A stretch of DNA of 41,098 nt from a virus (taxonomy: Duplodnaviria > Heunggongvirae > Uroviricota > Caudoviricetes), in the IMG/VR virus record IMGVR_UViG_3300034102_002845; one strand, written 5' to 3'. Below are positions 7,848-17,226 of the stretch, piece after piece. The notes under the pieces were generated by a model, which was not told the DNA's origin, ran no database searches, and saw only the letters and a program-made list of their open reading frames with translations. The translations under genes were made by a program, and so were the position numbers. Every line of letters starts with the position of its first letter. Within the stretch, counting starts at the first letter, position 1.

Positions 7848-9868
7848 ATGGCTAGTTCAGTTTTACAACGTCCTCAGAGTAATCTTTGGGAGCGTTACCT
7901 TAGTTGGGTCACGAGTACCGACAACCGGTTATATATCGGAAATTTCGGTACAATCATGATCCCCACGTTGCTAGCTGCAACTATTTGCTTCATCGTTGCG
8001 TTCGTCGCAGCACCTCCTGTCGATATCGACGGAATTCGTGAGCCAGTTGCTGGTTCGCTTATGTACGGCAACAACATCTAGATGGTGTCACTGCGAAGTG
8101 ATTCGCAGAAGTAAACTGGGTGAATTGCTGGGATACCTTGAGTATTCAAATCCAAAGTTGGGATACTAAGACAATCAGCAGCGAAGCCTTCGGTACACCG
8201 GAGGAACGTTCAGAGACTACCTGAGAAACTACAGTGTTTCTTAATAACAGGCTTTACATCGAAAAGAAGTAAACAGAGCGCCCAGCTCTTTGCAAAAACA
8301 AAGATGAAGATATAGTCCACTTTCTCACAGAGAAAGCATCAGTGGTGCCGTAGTACCAAGTTCTAATGCGATTGGATTGCATTCGTAAAGGAGTGCCTTA
8401 CTGCCGTGAGGCCGTAAGCAAATCGGGTGAATTGACTGGGAACCCTAGTTTTGCTTAGCAAAACGGGCAATCAGCAGCGAAGTCCTAGACGATCTTCTAG
8501 GAAACGTTCATCGACTAGGTGGTTTCCCAAGCGTGGGATGTAATACACCGCTAGCGCCCGACGACTTGTTTACAAGTTGATGATATAGTCAGCTCCGTAA
8601 GGAAACTTACGGGTAGGTGTTCTATCCAATCTGGGAAGCTGCTTCCCTTGATGAGTGGCTCAGCCTGTAGGGCCACCCTAAATCGGGTGAATTGACTGGG
8701 AACCCTAGTTTTGCTTCTGCAAAACGGGCAATCAGCAGCGAAGCCTTCGGTACACCGGAGGAACGTTCAGAGACTACCTGAGAAACTACAGTGTTTCTTA
8801 ATGACAGGCTAGAGCTCCCGACGTTTTGTTTTGCGAAGCAAAACGATAATATAGTCCACGCCGTTAGGGAACTAGCGGACGCCACCCTGCTACAATGGTG
8901 GCCCTTACCAACTTATCGTTTTCCACTTCCTTATTGGCATCTTTTGCTACATGGGGCGTGAGTGGGAACTTTCTTATCGCCTCGGCCAAAGACCCTGGAT
9001 TTGCGTGGCTTACTCTGCCCCCGTAGCAGCGGCAACCGCAATTTTCCTGGCTTACCCCATCAGCCAAGGATCATTCTCTGACGGATTCCCTCTGGGAATC
9101 TCCGGCCAGTTCAATTTCATGTTGGTTTTTTCTGCGGAGCATAACATACTAATGTCTCCCTTCCACATGATTGGAGTTGCCGGTGTGTTCGGAGGTGCTT
9201 TAATCAGTGCCACACATGGCTCTCTTGTAACCTCATCTTTGGTAAGAGAAACCACTGAGAATGAAAGTCAGAACTACGGTTACAAATTTGGGCAAAACCA
9301 AGAAACCTACAATCTGGTGTCCGCTCACGGGTATCTGGGACGCCTCTTGTTCCAATACGCTTCTTTCAACAATAGTCGCTCTCTGCACTTTGTTATGGCA
9401 GCACTCCCTGTGATTGGAATCTGGTTTGCTGCTTGCGGTATCTTTGTCGCAGGATTTAACTTAAATGGTTTCAATTTTAACCAGTCCATTCAAGATAGCC
9501 AGGGTCGTGTGGTTAACACTTGGGCAGATTTGCTTAATAAAGCAAATTTAGGCTTAGAAGTTATGCACGAGCGTGAAACTAGGCATTGCGCTCTTTAAAT
9601 CGGGTGAATTGCTGGAAAGCCCAAGGGCCAATCAGCAGCCAAGCCTTAGACGCTTCTAAGGAAGGTTCAGAGACTACTGGGTGTAACAAGCGTGCTACGT
9701 AAAACCAGATTAGCGCCCGACAAATTGCAAAAGCAATTTGATGATATAGTCCGATCCCGTTGGAAACAGCGGTTACCCTACCGGGTAATGAATGCCCATA
9801 ATTTTCCCCTTGATTTGGCCTCTGTCGCTGCAACGCCAGTTGCTTTGACCGCACCAAGTGTAGGCTAA
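7848..9868 (+). CDS. psbA: Photosystem II D1 protein. Exons 7848-8077, 8337-8382, 8620-8660, 8890-9574, 9791-9868; spliced CDS 1080 nt, 359 aa
   Basis: Joined exons restore YGNNIISGAVVP, GLHFYPIWE, DEWLYNGGPY and [16 protein letters not shown] in frame. Confidence 0.97.
8078..8336 (+). ncRNA. Group I intron 1 of psbA (259 nt, no ORF)
   Basis: Exon ends in U and intron ends in G. P1 (acauc/ggugu, U.G wobble) and P10 (gaug/cauc). Core motifs GAATTGCTGGG, AATCAGCAG, GTTCAGAGACTA, GATATAGTCC. Confidence 0.93.
8383..8619 (+). ncRNA. Group I intron 2 of psbA (237 nt, no ORF)
   Basis: P1 gcau/gugc, terminal G, core motifs AATCAGCAG, GTTCATCGACTA, GATATAGTC. Confidence 0.93.
8661..8889 (+). ncRNA. 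Group I intron 3 of psbA (229 nt, no ORF)
   Basis: P1 guggcu/ggccac, P10 guag/cuac, core motifs present, terminal G. Confidence 0.93.
9575..9790 (+). ncRNA. Group I intron 4 of psbA (216 nt) between codons R334 and N335
   Basis: P1 gagcgu/gcgcuc, P10 ggcauu/aaugcc, core motifs present, terminal G. Confidence 0.94.
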
Positions 9869-9891
9869 TTTTAGCAATCTTTACTGCACTG

Positions 9892-9923
9892 TCCTCTGCG
9901 CTATAACAAGCGTGGAGGATTTT
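9892..9923 (+). terminator. Hairpin plus T-run after psbA; the stem contains the next gene's GGAGG RBS
   Basis: tcctctgcgct-ataaca-agcgtggagga followed by tttt. Confidence 0.7.
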
Positions 9924-9925
9924 CT

Positions 9926-10531
9926 ATGGACAAGTACACTTCTTATATACTACATCTCAAAGAAAAAGAGAAAGCACTTCTAGGTCATGGTATATCATCT
10001 CAAACTCATCGCATTTTACCGGGTCACGCTGGAGGCGAATACAAAGAGGACAACATAGTCGAGTGCTTAGTCAAAGACCACATAAAAGCGCATAGGATTC
10101 GTTGGGAAGTTTACGGAGAGACTAAAGATTTAGCCTCAGTGAATATGATGACAGGAAGGGTTAAAGCAGGAGGGGACTCTGTTATTCCTGTGTTGGGCGC
10201 CTATGCAACCCACGAAGTTTGTAAGAGAAATAAAACCGGTTTTTGGAGTTCAGATCGGCAAAGACTAAACGCCTTAAAGGGAAACACTGAAGAGTGCAGG
10301 AGGAAAAAAAGGGTAGGGGGAGCTAAAGGTAATCAAGTCATCAAAGAAAGAGGAGTAGGAATTTATGCTCCAGGGCAAGCAGCGAAAAGTGGGAGATCCA
10401 GTGGAATCAAACGTAGAGGTTTTCGCATAGAGGGCCTTGGTAAAATTAAGTATTCCTCCGAAGACAGACTAAGTCTTAGCGACACTTTCTTTGACTACTA
10501 CGTCTTTTTTGGAAAACCTGGTGTTAAATAG
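9926..10531 (+). CDS. Free-standing HNH-family homing endonuclease (putative)
   Basis: HRILPGHAGG...DNIV...DHIKAH matches the HNH pattern. Basic Gly-rich C-terminus, AT-rich codons, directly after psbA. Confidence 0.7.
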   Translation: MDKYTSYILHLKEKEKALLGHGISSQTHRILPGHAGGEYKEDNIVECLVKDHIKAHRIRWEVYGETKDLASVNMMTGRVKAGGDSVIPVLGAYATHEVCKRNKTGFWSSDRQRLNALKGNTEECRRKKRVGGAKGNQVIKERGVGIYAPGQAAKSGRSSGIKRRGFRIEGLGKIKYSSEDRLSLSDTFFDYYVFFGKPGVK

Positions 10532-10712
10532 TCACCGGGAGACAGTTCAGTGTAGAAATCACCACGCCACCCTCGGAGAATGCTTCGACCTTGAACAGTC
10601 CCTACTCAAATGGGCTCGCTCCCATGGCTATCGCTATTCCTCGCCAACCACAACCGAACTACTCCACCCTGCTAGCATAGACCACATTCTCAGCGAATTG
10701 CGAAGCAATTGC

Positions 10713-10719
10713 GGGTAAA
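10713..10719 (+). promoter_or_regulatory. GGGTAAA motif (putative late promoter)
   Basis: 29 nt before ATG 10742. Confidence 0.55.
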
Positions 10720-10741
10720 TTACTTAGAGGACGGTATGTAC

Positions 10742-12391
10742 ATGCAAGGCAACTTCTCAAACACGGCTCTTGAACACTACCAAGAAGTGGCGAAAGAAAA
10801 ACTTGTAGATTCCCTTTACGGGTCAAGCTATGATTTCACTCGCTGTGTTCGCCCCAACGGCACGGCCTACGGCACAGCGGGAACTTGCCGAAAGGGTGTA
10901 GAAGCTGCTCTCGAAGCCGAGCCCGCACCCGAAATTACCAAGAAGCCGAGATCCAAAGCACCAAGTAAAGCACTCTTGAAGAGTTTGCCTGTGGAGCTAA
11001 GGGCCAGGGCCGAGAAGTTGGTTGCTGCGTACGAAGAACTGGCCGAGCTAAAGGGACAGAATTTGCCTTCGGGTGAGAACTGGCGCATAGACGAAGCAAA
11101 TAAGAAAGTTGGAAACGCACTCAAGGATGCCTTTGAGATGGCCGACACCATGAGACTAAGGCCCAAAATGGAAGCCATCGAGTGGTTGGGATTTGCCAGC
11201 TCACGCACACAAACTGAGCTAAGGGACACAATTAACAGGAACTCCTACGACCTGAGAACACTGAGGGAGTATAACCCTGAGAAGAAAGACGAGCTGAAAG
11301 CACTCGAAAGAAAGACACTTACGCTTATTGAAAACATAAAAGACCCTGTAACCAAGGCCCAACTTCTCTTCGAGACGAGTAAAGCATCCGGAAAGCTAAA
11401 GGTTAGCAAAGCAGGTAGCCTAACGGACACACTCAGGAAAGGAAACGCTTTCCTTAAGGAGTACGACGAAGGGTTACGATCAACTGTAAGCATCCTTCGC
11501 AAAGCAAACGCTCTTGAAAAGCAACTACGTGAGCTGAGTAAGAAACTTGAGGTCGACCGAGAGCCAGGCTGGATAAAGAAAAAGCTGAGAGTGTCCGGAG
11601 CCATCATGAAGGTCGCACGACACAGGGGAAACGCAGAAGCACGTTTACAGGCCAAAATGCAGGGTATCCGTGAGCAGCTCCTGAAGACTTCCTTGTCTGA
11701 GGAGAAGGTTCAACTGCTTGTCAGCAGAGTGGCCTTAATGCCTCCCAAGGGCTCGATCACGCTCGACCAGGAAACTGTGGCGCAAACACGTAAGCACCTT
11801 GAGGAATTTACGCGTATGTTCAACGGCAGGGGGATGCTTGAGGTTCTCGAAAAGAAAGAGGAGAGGAAGCAGCTTTCACAACTTGTGATAGATCCCGCTC
11901 AGCGTGCTTTTGCTATGGTTAATACCGGCTTCGTAACATCGAACGGTGGAAAACAAACTCTGTTTCAAGAGATCGGTCACATTGTGGAGGGGCAAAGAGA
12001 CTGGCTCCTTAACTACTCTAATCGGTGGAGAGACTCTCGGGCCTTTTCCGTACAAAAAGCGTACGACCACCCAGAGACTCAAAAGCTGGTCGGTGACGGA
12101 AAGACTACGAAAGTTCCCTACACTCTGGAGACGCTCAGTACCACAAGGAAAACAGTTCCCGTTGTAAAACTCAACGAGATGCTCCCACACGTAGGAATGA
12201 ACTACAAACCAGAGGAAATCGCTGTTTTAGACACTTTCTTATCCCCTTACTTAGGAAAGCGATACAAGGATAACTTTACGGAAATTGTGTCCTCCACGCT
12301 AGAGCACTTTGCCGAGCCCCATTTAATGGCTCACTTATACAAGAAGCACCCTGACCTGTTTACCTTAGGAGTTGGTCTCGCCACGGACTAA
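10742..12391 (+). CDS. YDxTRC-module family protein 4, C-terminal zincin-like domain (QEIGH variant)
   Basis: MQGNFS leader, YDFTRCVRPNGTAYGTAGTCRKG, then FQEIGHIVE...PYLGKRY...TEIVS. Confidence 0.78.
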   Translation: MQGNFSNTALEHYQEVAKEKLVDSLYGSSYDFTRCVRPNGTAYGTAGTCRKGVEAALEAEPAPEITKKPRSKAPSKALLKSLPVELRARAEKLVAAYEELAELKGQNLPSGENWRIDEANKKVGNALKDAFEMADTMRLRPKMEAIEWLGFASSRTQTELRDTINRNSYDLRTLREYNPEKKDELKALERKTLTLIENIKDPVTKAQLLFETSKASGKLKVSKAGSLTDTLRKGNAFLKEYDEGLRSTVSILRKANALEKQLRELSKKLEVDREPGWIKKKLRVSGAIMKVARHRGNAEARLQAKMQGIREQLLKTSLSEEKVQLLVSRVALMPPKGSITLDQETVAQTRKHLEEFTRMFNGRGMLEVLEKKEERKQLSQLVIDPAQRAFAMVNTGFVTSNGGKQTLFQEIGHIVEGQRDWLLNYSNRWRDSRAFSVQKAYDHPETQKLVGDGKTTKVPYTLETLSTTRKTVPVVKLNEMLPHVGMNYKPEEIAVLDTFLSPYLGKRYKDNFTEIVSSTLEHFAEPHLMAHLYKKHPDLFTLGVGLATD

Positions 12392-12867
12392 GATGCTGCA
12401 CCGTCGGGGATTGGGTTCATGCCTTCGTGAAACTTTTCTCTTTCCCATTGTTGCAACCCATCTGAGTTTATAGTCAGGTTGTCCCTGCCAACTAGCACCG
12501 ATAGCGCAATTACCAAGTCCGTAAACAAGCAGTCTTTTAGGTTAAGGGTGTGGCCGTACTTGCCGTAGAGACCCCTGGAAACCAGGTAGCTCCACTCCAC
12601 TTTCTCCTCCGGAGTTGTCAACGAAGGTGCTACAACCCCTTTGTTCCAATTTACGGTTACACCCTCGTTGACGATTTGGCTAGGAACGGTAATTGATGCC
12701 ACGCAGAACTCTCTGAGTATTTCCCTAGTAAAATAGCTGCCCGAACGGACCGTAAACTCTGAAAAATAAGGGTAAAAGTAGGCAGCGCCCAAGTCAGAGT
12801 AAATGTCGCAGGTCAAAGTCGTTGCCGAAAACGTCGAGCTCTCAGAGATCGACCCGAGACGACTCAC
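12388..12867 (-). CDS. Hypothetical protein convergent with family protein 4 (true start probably the GTG near 12702)
   Basis: ORF track; the 5' part overlaps the next + strand gene and its motif. Confidence 0.55.
   Translation of the reverse strand: MSRLGSISESSTFSATTLTCDIYSDLGAAYFYPYFSEFTVRSGSYFTREILREFCVASITVPSQIVNEGVTVNWNKGVVAPSLTTPEEKVEWSYLVSRGLYGKYGHTLNLKDCLFTDLVIALSVLVGRDNLTINSDGLQQWEREKFHEGMNPIPDGAAS
12770..12776 (+). promoter_or_regulatory. GGGTAAA motif (putative late promoter)
   Basis: 33 nt before ATG 12803, at the head of the fibre operon. Confidence 0.5.
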
Positions 12868-13039
12868 CTCGGATTGTCACACTGTCACACGAGAAGACGG
12901 TGTTGTAGACGTAGTTAAGTCCACGAAAAGGGTAAGTATATTTGACATTTACCACGACCTTGGAATTCGCATTCGAAATATTGAACTGAGTGGTGGGGTC
13001 TTAAACCCTAAGTACCATAAGTTGGGAGATACCCTTTAA
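12803..13039 (+). CDS. Small hypothetical phage protein
   Basis: ORF track; follows a GGGTAAA motif. Confidence 0.65.
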   Translation: MSQVKVVAENVELSEIDPRRLTSDCHTVTREDGVVDVVKSTKRVSIFDIYHDLGIRIRNIELSGGVLNPKYHKLGDTL

Positions 13040-13045
13040 GCGAAA

Positions 13046-15400
13046 ATGATAGAGAATTTCCCCTTAAATCCAACGCCGGGTCAGATTTTCCTTTGGCAAG
13101 GCAATAGTTATCGCTGGACGGGTAGGCAGTGGATTACTCTGAGCGACTCGTGTACGCAAATCACCTACGCGAATGCGTTCGTATCCTCTTCTCCCCCACC
13201 TAGCCCGGTAAGTGGTGCCCTCTGGTACAACCCTACGAGTTTTGCCTTAAAAGTTTGGGTGGTTACTCTTGAGGGGGGTCAATGGGATGCAGTGGCGGGT
13301 GAGCCACCCTGTTCTTCGAATAACTCTCCCGTAACAGTATCCGCTTCACCTCCTCCAGACCCAATTGAGGGTGACTTGTGGTTTGACACCCTTTCATCTT
13401 ACTTGTCGATATGGTACGTTGATTTAGACGGCGGACAGTGGATTTCAAGTTTCCGTGGAGACGCAGGTCCTGCAGGGGCGTCTGGGCCAGTTGGTGCAAC
13501 CGGTCCAAGTGGTCCTGCAGGTTCTCCTGGTGGTGCCACTGGGGCAACCGGCGTTGGAGTATCAGGGGCTGTTGGTGCAACAGGGGCTGTTGGTGCAACT
13601 GGGGCGGGAATAACAGGGGCGACGGGGGCAACCGGCGTTGGAGTAGCTGGGGCCACTGGAGCAACTGGGGCTGGAATAACAGGGGCCACTGGAGCAACCG
13701 GCGTTGGAGTATCAGGGGCTGTTGGGGCAACAGGGGCTGTTGGTGCAACTGGGGCGGGAATAACAGGGGCCACTGGAGCAACCGGCGTTGGAGTAGCTGG
13801 GGCCACTGGAGCAACAGGGGCTGTTGGTGCAACTGGGGCGGGAATAACAGGGGCGACGGGAGCAACCGGCGTTGGAGTAGCTGGGGCCACTGGAGCAACA
13901 GGGGCGGGAACAACTGGGGCCACGGGAGCAACAGGCGTTGGAGTAGCTGGGGCCACTGGGGCAACAGGGGCTGTTGGTGCAACCGGGGCTGGAGTAACAG
14001 GAGCGACGGGAGCAACAGGCGTTGGAGTAGCTGGGGCTGTTGGTGCAACCGGGGCTGTTGGTGCAACCGGGGCTGGAGTAACAGGAGCGACGGGAGCAAC
14101 AGGCGTTGGAGTAGCTGGGGCTACTGGTGCAACCGGGGCGGGAACAACTGGGGCCACAGGAGCAACAGGCGTTGGAGTAGCTGGGGCCACTGGGGCAACA
14201 GGGGCGGGAACAACTGGGGCGACGGGAGCAACAGGCGTTGGAGTAGCTGGGGCTACTGGAGCAACAGGGGCTGTTGGTGCAACCGGGGCTGGAGTAACAG
14301 GAGCGACGGGAGCAACAGGCGTTGGAGTAGCTGGGGCCACTGGGGCAACAGGGGCGGGAACAACTGGGGCGACGGGAGCAACAGGCGTTGGAGTAGCTGG
14401 GGCTACTGGAGCAACAGGGGCGGGAACAACTGGGGCCACGGGAGCAACAGGCGTTGGAGTAGCTGGGGCTACTGGAGCAACAGGGGCGGGAACAACTGGG
14501 GCCACGGGAGCAACAGGCGTTGGAGTAGCTGGGGCCACTGGGGCAACAGGAGTGACAGGATCACCCGGTAGCACAGGTCCCACTGGCCCCCAAGGACTTT
14601 CTTCTAATTTATTCCTCTACAGTGCAAAAACTACGGCCACCATGGGAAACCCTGACTCAGGGTACCTAATCTGGAACAATCTAGCTCAAATCACCTCAAC
14701 GACACTAAGCATTAGTCATTTAACGGATGACAACATAGACATTGATATATTCTTATCTCAGATAGCCCCAACCGAAAAAATTGTCGTACAAGACAAGAAC
14801 GATAGCTTAAACTATCAAACTTGGGTGGTTAACGGCGCACCCACGAATATAAACCCTGGTTCATCAAACAGCTACTGGCAGTATCCTGTAACCCTGCTGA
14901 ACTCGTCCGGGTCAGGAACATCAAACTTCAGTAACAACCACTCATTGTTCCTTGCCTTGGTGAGCGGTGCTCAGGGATCTACGGGAGCCACGGGTGCCAC
15001 GGGTATGGCCGGAGCCACGGGTGCTGTTGGAGTGTCCGGCATAACCGGTCCTACGGGGGCGTCGGGGGCCACGGGCCTCACAGGCGTATCGGGGGCAACA
15101 GGTGCCGCTGGGGCTACTGGGGCAACAGGTGCCGGAGTAACCGGGGCGACTGGAGTAGCCGGTCCCGCTGGACCTACCGGGCCTGCTGGAGGCGGTGGCT
15201 CAGCAGCCGGCCTTGTCCGCATCGACCCCACCAGCACCTCCAACACGATCTACGTCGGGAAGGCGGCGGCAGGGACCGCCGAATCTGCTACTGGATGGAC
15301 GATTGAACGGACTACCTTCACGGCGCTAGGCGTTACACTAACCGGACCACTGACCGCTACCGGCGCCTGGTCCATTCGCACTTCTCTCCCCTACTCCTGA
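13046..15400 (+). CDS. Collagen-like tail fibre / virion structural protein
   Basis: N-terminal fibre-like repeats ([20 protein letters not shown]) and long interrupted G-A-T tracts. Confidence 0.8.
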   Translation: MIENFPLNPTPGQIFLWQGNSYRWTGRQWITLSDSCTQITYANAFVSSSPPPSPVSGALWYNPTSFALKVWVVTLEGGQWDAVAGEPPCSSNNSPVTVSASPPPDPIEGDLWFDTLSSYLSIWYVDLDGGQWISSFRGDAGPAGASGPVGATGPSGPAGSPGGATGATGVGVSGAVGATGAVGATGAGITGATGATGVGVAGATGATGAGITGATGATGVGVSGAVGATGAVGATGAGITGATGATGVGVAGATGATGAVGATGAGITGATGATGVGVAGATGATGAGTTGATGATGVGVAGATGATGAVGATGAGVTGATGATGVGVAGAVGATGAVGATGAGVTGATGATGVGVAGATGATGAGTTGATGATGVGVAGATGATGAGTTGATGATGVGVAGATGATGAVGATGAGVTGATGATGVGVAGATGATGAGTTGATGATGVGVAGATGATGAGTTGATGATGVGVAGATGATGAGTTGATGATGVGVAGATGATGVTGSPGSTGPTGPQGLSSNLFLYSAKTTATMGNPDSGYLIWNNLAQITSTTLSISHLTDDNIDIDIFLSQIAPTEKIVVQDKNDSLNYQTWVVNGAPTNINPGSSNSYWQYPVTLLNSSGSGTSNFSNNHSLFLALVSGAQGSTGATGATGMAGATGAVGVSGITGPTGASGATGLTGVSGATGAAGATGATGAGVTGATGVAGPAGPTGPAGGGGSAAGLVRIDPTSTSNTIYVGKAAAGTAESATGWTIERTTFTALGVTLTGPLTATGAWSIRTSLPYS
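13530..14560 (+). repeat. Coding tandem repeat encoding GATGATG(V/A)G(V/I/T)(A/T) units
   Basis: Many near-identical copies of gcaac(a/c)ggcgttggagtagctgggg. Confidence 0.92.
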
Positions 15401-15747
15401 TGGCAATTAACAATCCGGCCGCAGTCGTTGTGAATAACACTATATACCCATTGCTTGGGTTTAGTTTGAACATGAGTACATACATTGGCGAGGATGCGTC
15501 GCAAGTCGGCCTTCAAAGAATGAAACTAGCAATCTCTGCCAAACTGTTTTCGTATCGAGACACGGAAACTGGGCCGGAAATACTGGTTATCCCAGAGCAC
15601 TTATCGGCGCAGCTACAAATACCGCCTATAGTGTATTCTGATGCGGTCCTGGCTGCGCAGAATGGCGATGCTGACGTGGCTGAACTGATAGCAGGAATGA
15701 CCGTTGTGTGCCAAAGGTTTTTAAACAAAAAAGCGGGGCTTGAGTAA
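15400..15747 (+). CDS. Hypothetical protein in the fibre operon
   Basis: Start and stop overlap both neighbours. Confidence 0.7.
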   Translation: MAINNPAAVVVNNTIYPLLGFSLNMSTYIGEDASQVGLQRMKLAISAKLFSYRDTETGPEILVIPEHLSAQLQIPPIVYSDAVLAAQNGDADVAELIAGMTVVCQRFLNKKAGLE

Positions 15748-16925
15748 TGGCTGACATTCGTGCGATATTAAACAACAGCGATTTCTCATTGCCGGCTACA
15801 TGGTTTGGAGGCGTTGTGCCAGGCCCTGGCGATGTAGCATTTACTAATGGCAATACGGTTCTAATTAGTGACGCTCGCACAGTACAGGCAATCAGTAATG
15901 CCGCAGGAACCGGAATTGTTGTAGGCGGCACGTTTTCTATACGGGATGGTTGCAACCTTCAAACCACTAACGCGATTGGTATTTCGCAGGGAAATACAAG
16001 CACTCCCTGCGTTACGGTGGCGGACCTAGGCGTAGGCCAAACCGCAACAGTAGTCGGCGTGATGTCAGGCTCGACGGCATCACTGTTAAACGGCGTTGTG
16101 AGCTTTTCTTCGGGAGGCACTTTTAATTTCATTGGCGACATTCCGCCGCTTTCTGGAGGCTCTCAATCCCGTGGCTTGAATGTACCGGGAAATGGCACGC
16201 TAAACTATACAGGCAACTATACAGGGGGTAGTTCAAGTTTTAACCAAGGCGCAATCAACGTGTCTGGAAACGCTACCGTAAATATCACGGGAACTGCAAC
16301 TGGAGGCAGCGGCGCTGCCACGGCCAACGCCATACAAATCACCGCCACTGCCGCCAACGTCACGGCGACGGGCCCAGCTTTTGGGGGAGTCGCTGCTGCT
16401 ACGTTCAACAATAACTCACCCTCTACGTTTACGCACAACGGCTTGGCGAGGTCTTCTCCAACTATGCCGGTGTACGCCGCCGGCAGTGCAAATCAAAACA
16501 CTCGGGCATCGGGTCCGTTTGAGGTGGGGGCATCCGGCAACATCAATCCGATACAGGCGCAGTCTATTAGAAGGGCACCATCGTTAGTCCCAACATACTA
16601 TCAAATACCCCAGGCAAACGGTTCTACGATGACCGAACTTAGTAGCGGCGATAGGCCCGCTGGGGGGAATTATCCTGTAACTAGTGCGGTAGTTTCCCCT
16701 ACTGTATATGGCCGTAATAATGAATTTACCGGTACTGCCGCAATGCCTTCGTCGTCATCCGTGGCACTAAATGTACCGGTCGGGAATACGGTAGGCACTG
16801 CCATCTTGACTGCAGACAGTGTTCGAGTAGCGCTAGGTACTGCCGGCAACCTGGACGCTCAGCTTGCTAACAAAGCAACCGTCGATCAAGTTGCCGCGAT
16901 TGTTCAAGGGGCGACAAGTGCATGA
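15747..16925 (+). CDS. Gly/Ser/Thr/Asn-rich putative structural (fibre-associated) protein
   Basis: Beta-rich composition and operon context. Confidence 0.65.
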   Translation: MADIRAILNNSDFSLPATWFGGVVPGPGDVAFTNGNTVLISDARTVQAISNAAGTGIVVGGTFSIRDGCNLQTTNAIGISQGNTSTPCVTVADLGVGQTATVVGVMSGSTASLLNGVVSFSSGGTFNFIGDIPPLSGGSQSRGLNVPGNGTLNYTGNYTGGSSSFNQGAINVSGNATVNITGTATGGSGAATANAIQITATAANVTATGPAFGGVAAATFNNNSPSTFTHNGLARSSPTMPVYAAGSANQNTRASGPFEVGASGNINPIQAQSIRRAPSLVPTYYQIPQANGSTMTELSSGDRPAGGNYPVTSAVVSPTVYGRNNEFTGTAAMPSSSSVALNVPVGNTVGTAILTADSVRVALGTAGNLDAQLANKATVDQVAAIVQGATSA

Positions 16926-17226
16926 CCACGCCTGCCTAAATTCCTACCCCCCCCATCCCTGTAAAGGTGCCACATTCAAAGCGGCAACATCCTCACTACT
17001 GGAACCAGGATTACTCTCCTTGGCTACACGCTACACCTCACTGTTTTGCACTTTCTATTGTTACCTCTGGCATTGTTAGTGGTATTCTGGGTCGTTACCA
17101 AGATCCCGGTTACCTAGCGATGGATTCGCTAACGACTAAAAGATAAGTGAGTAGGTCCACAAAGCCGGAGTTTACCACTACCCTACGGAAATAAACTAGC
17201 TTTAAAGCTAGCTAATACAACTGAAA

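Noticed and set aside
8951-9574. D1 as chlorophyll f synthase or rogue D1
   Set aside because: All Mn4Ca ligands and M127-G128 are retained.
7848-9598. psbA as a fragmented pseudogene, or 8951-9598 as a separate gene
   Set aside because: The interruptions are well-formed group I introns and splicing restores the full frame.
13263-14583. Long alternative-frame and minus-strand ORFs (PVAPVAP, QQPLL, WSNRG repeats)
   Set aside because: They are shadows of the collagen-like repeat, which lacks stops in several frames.
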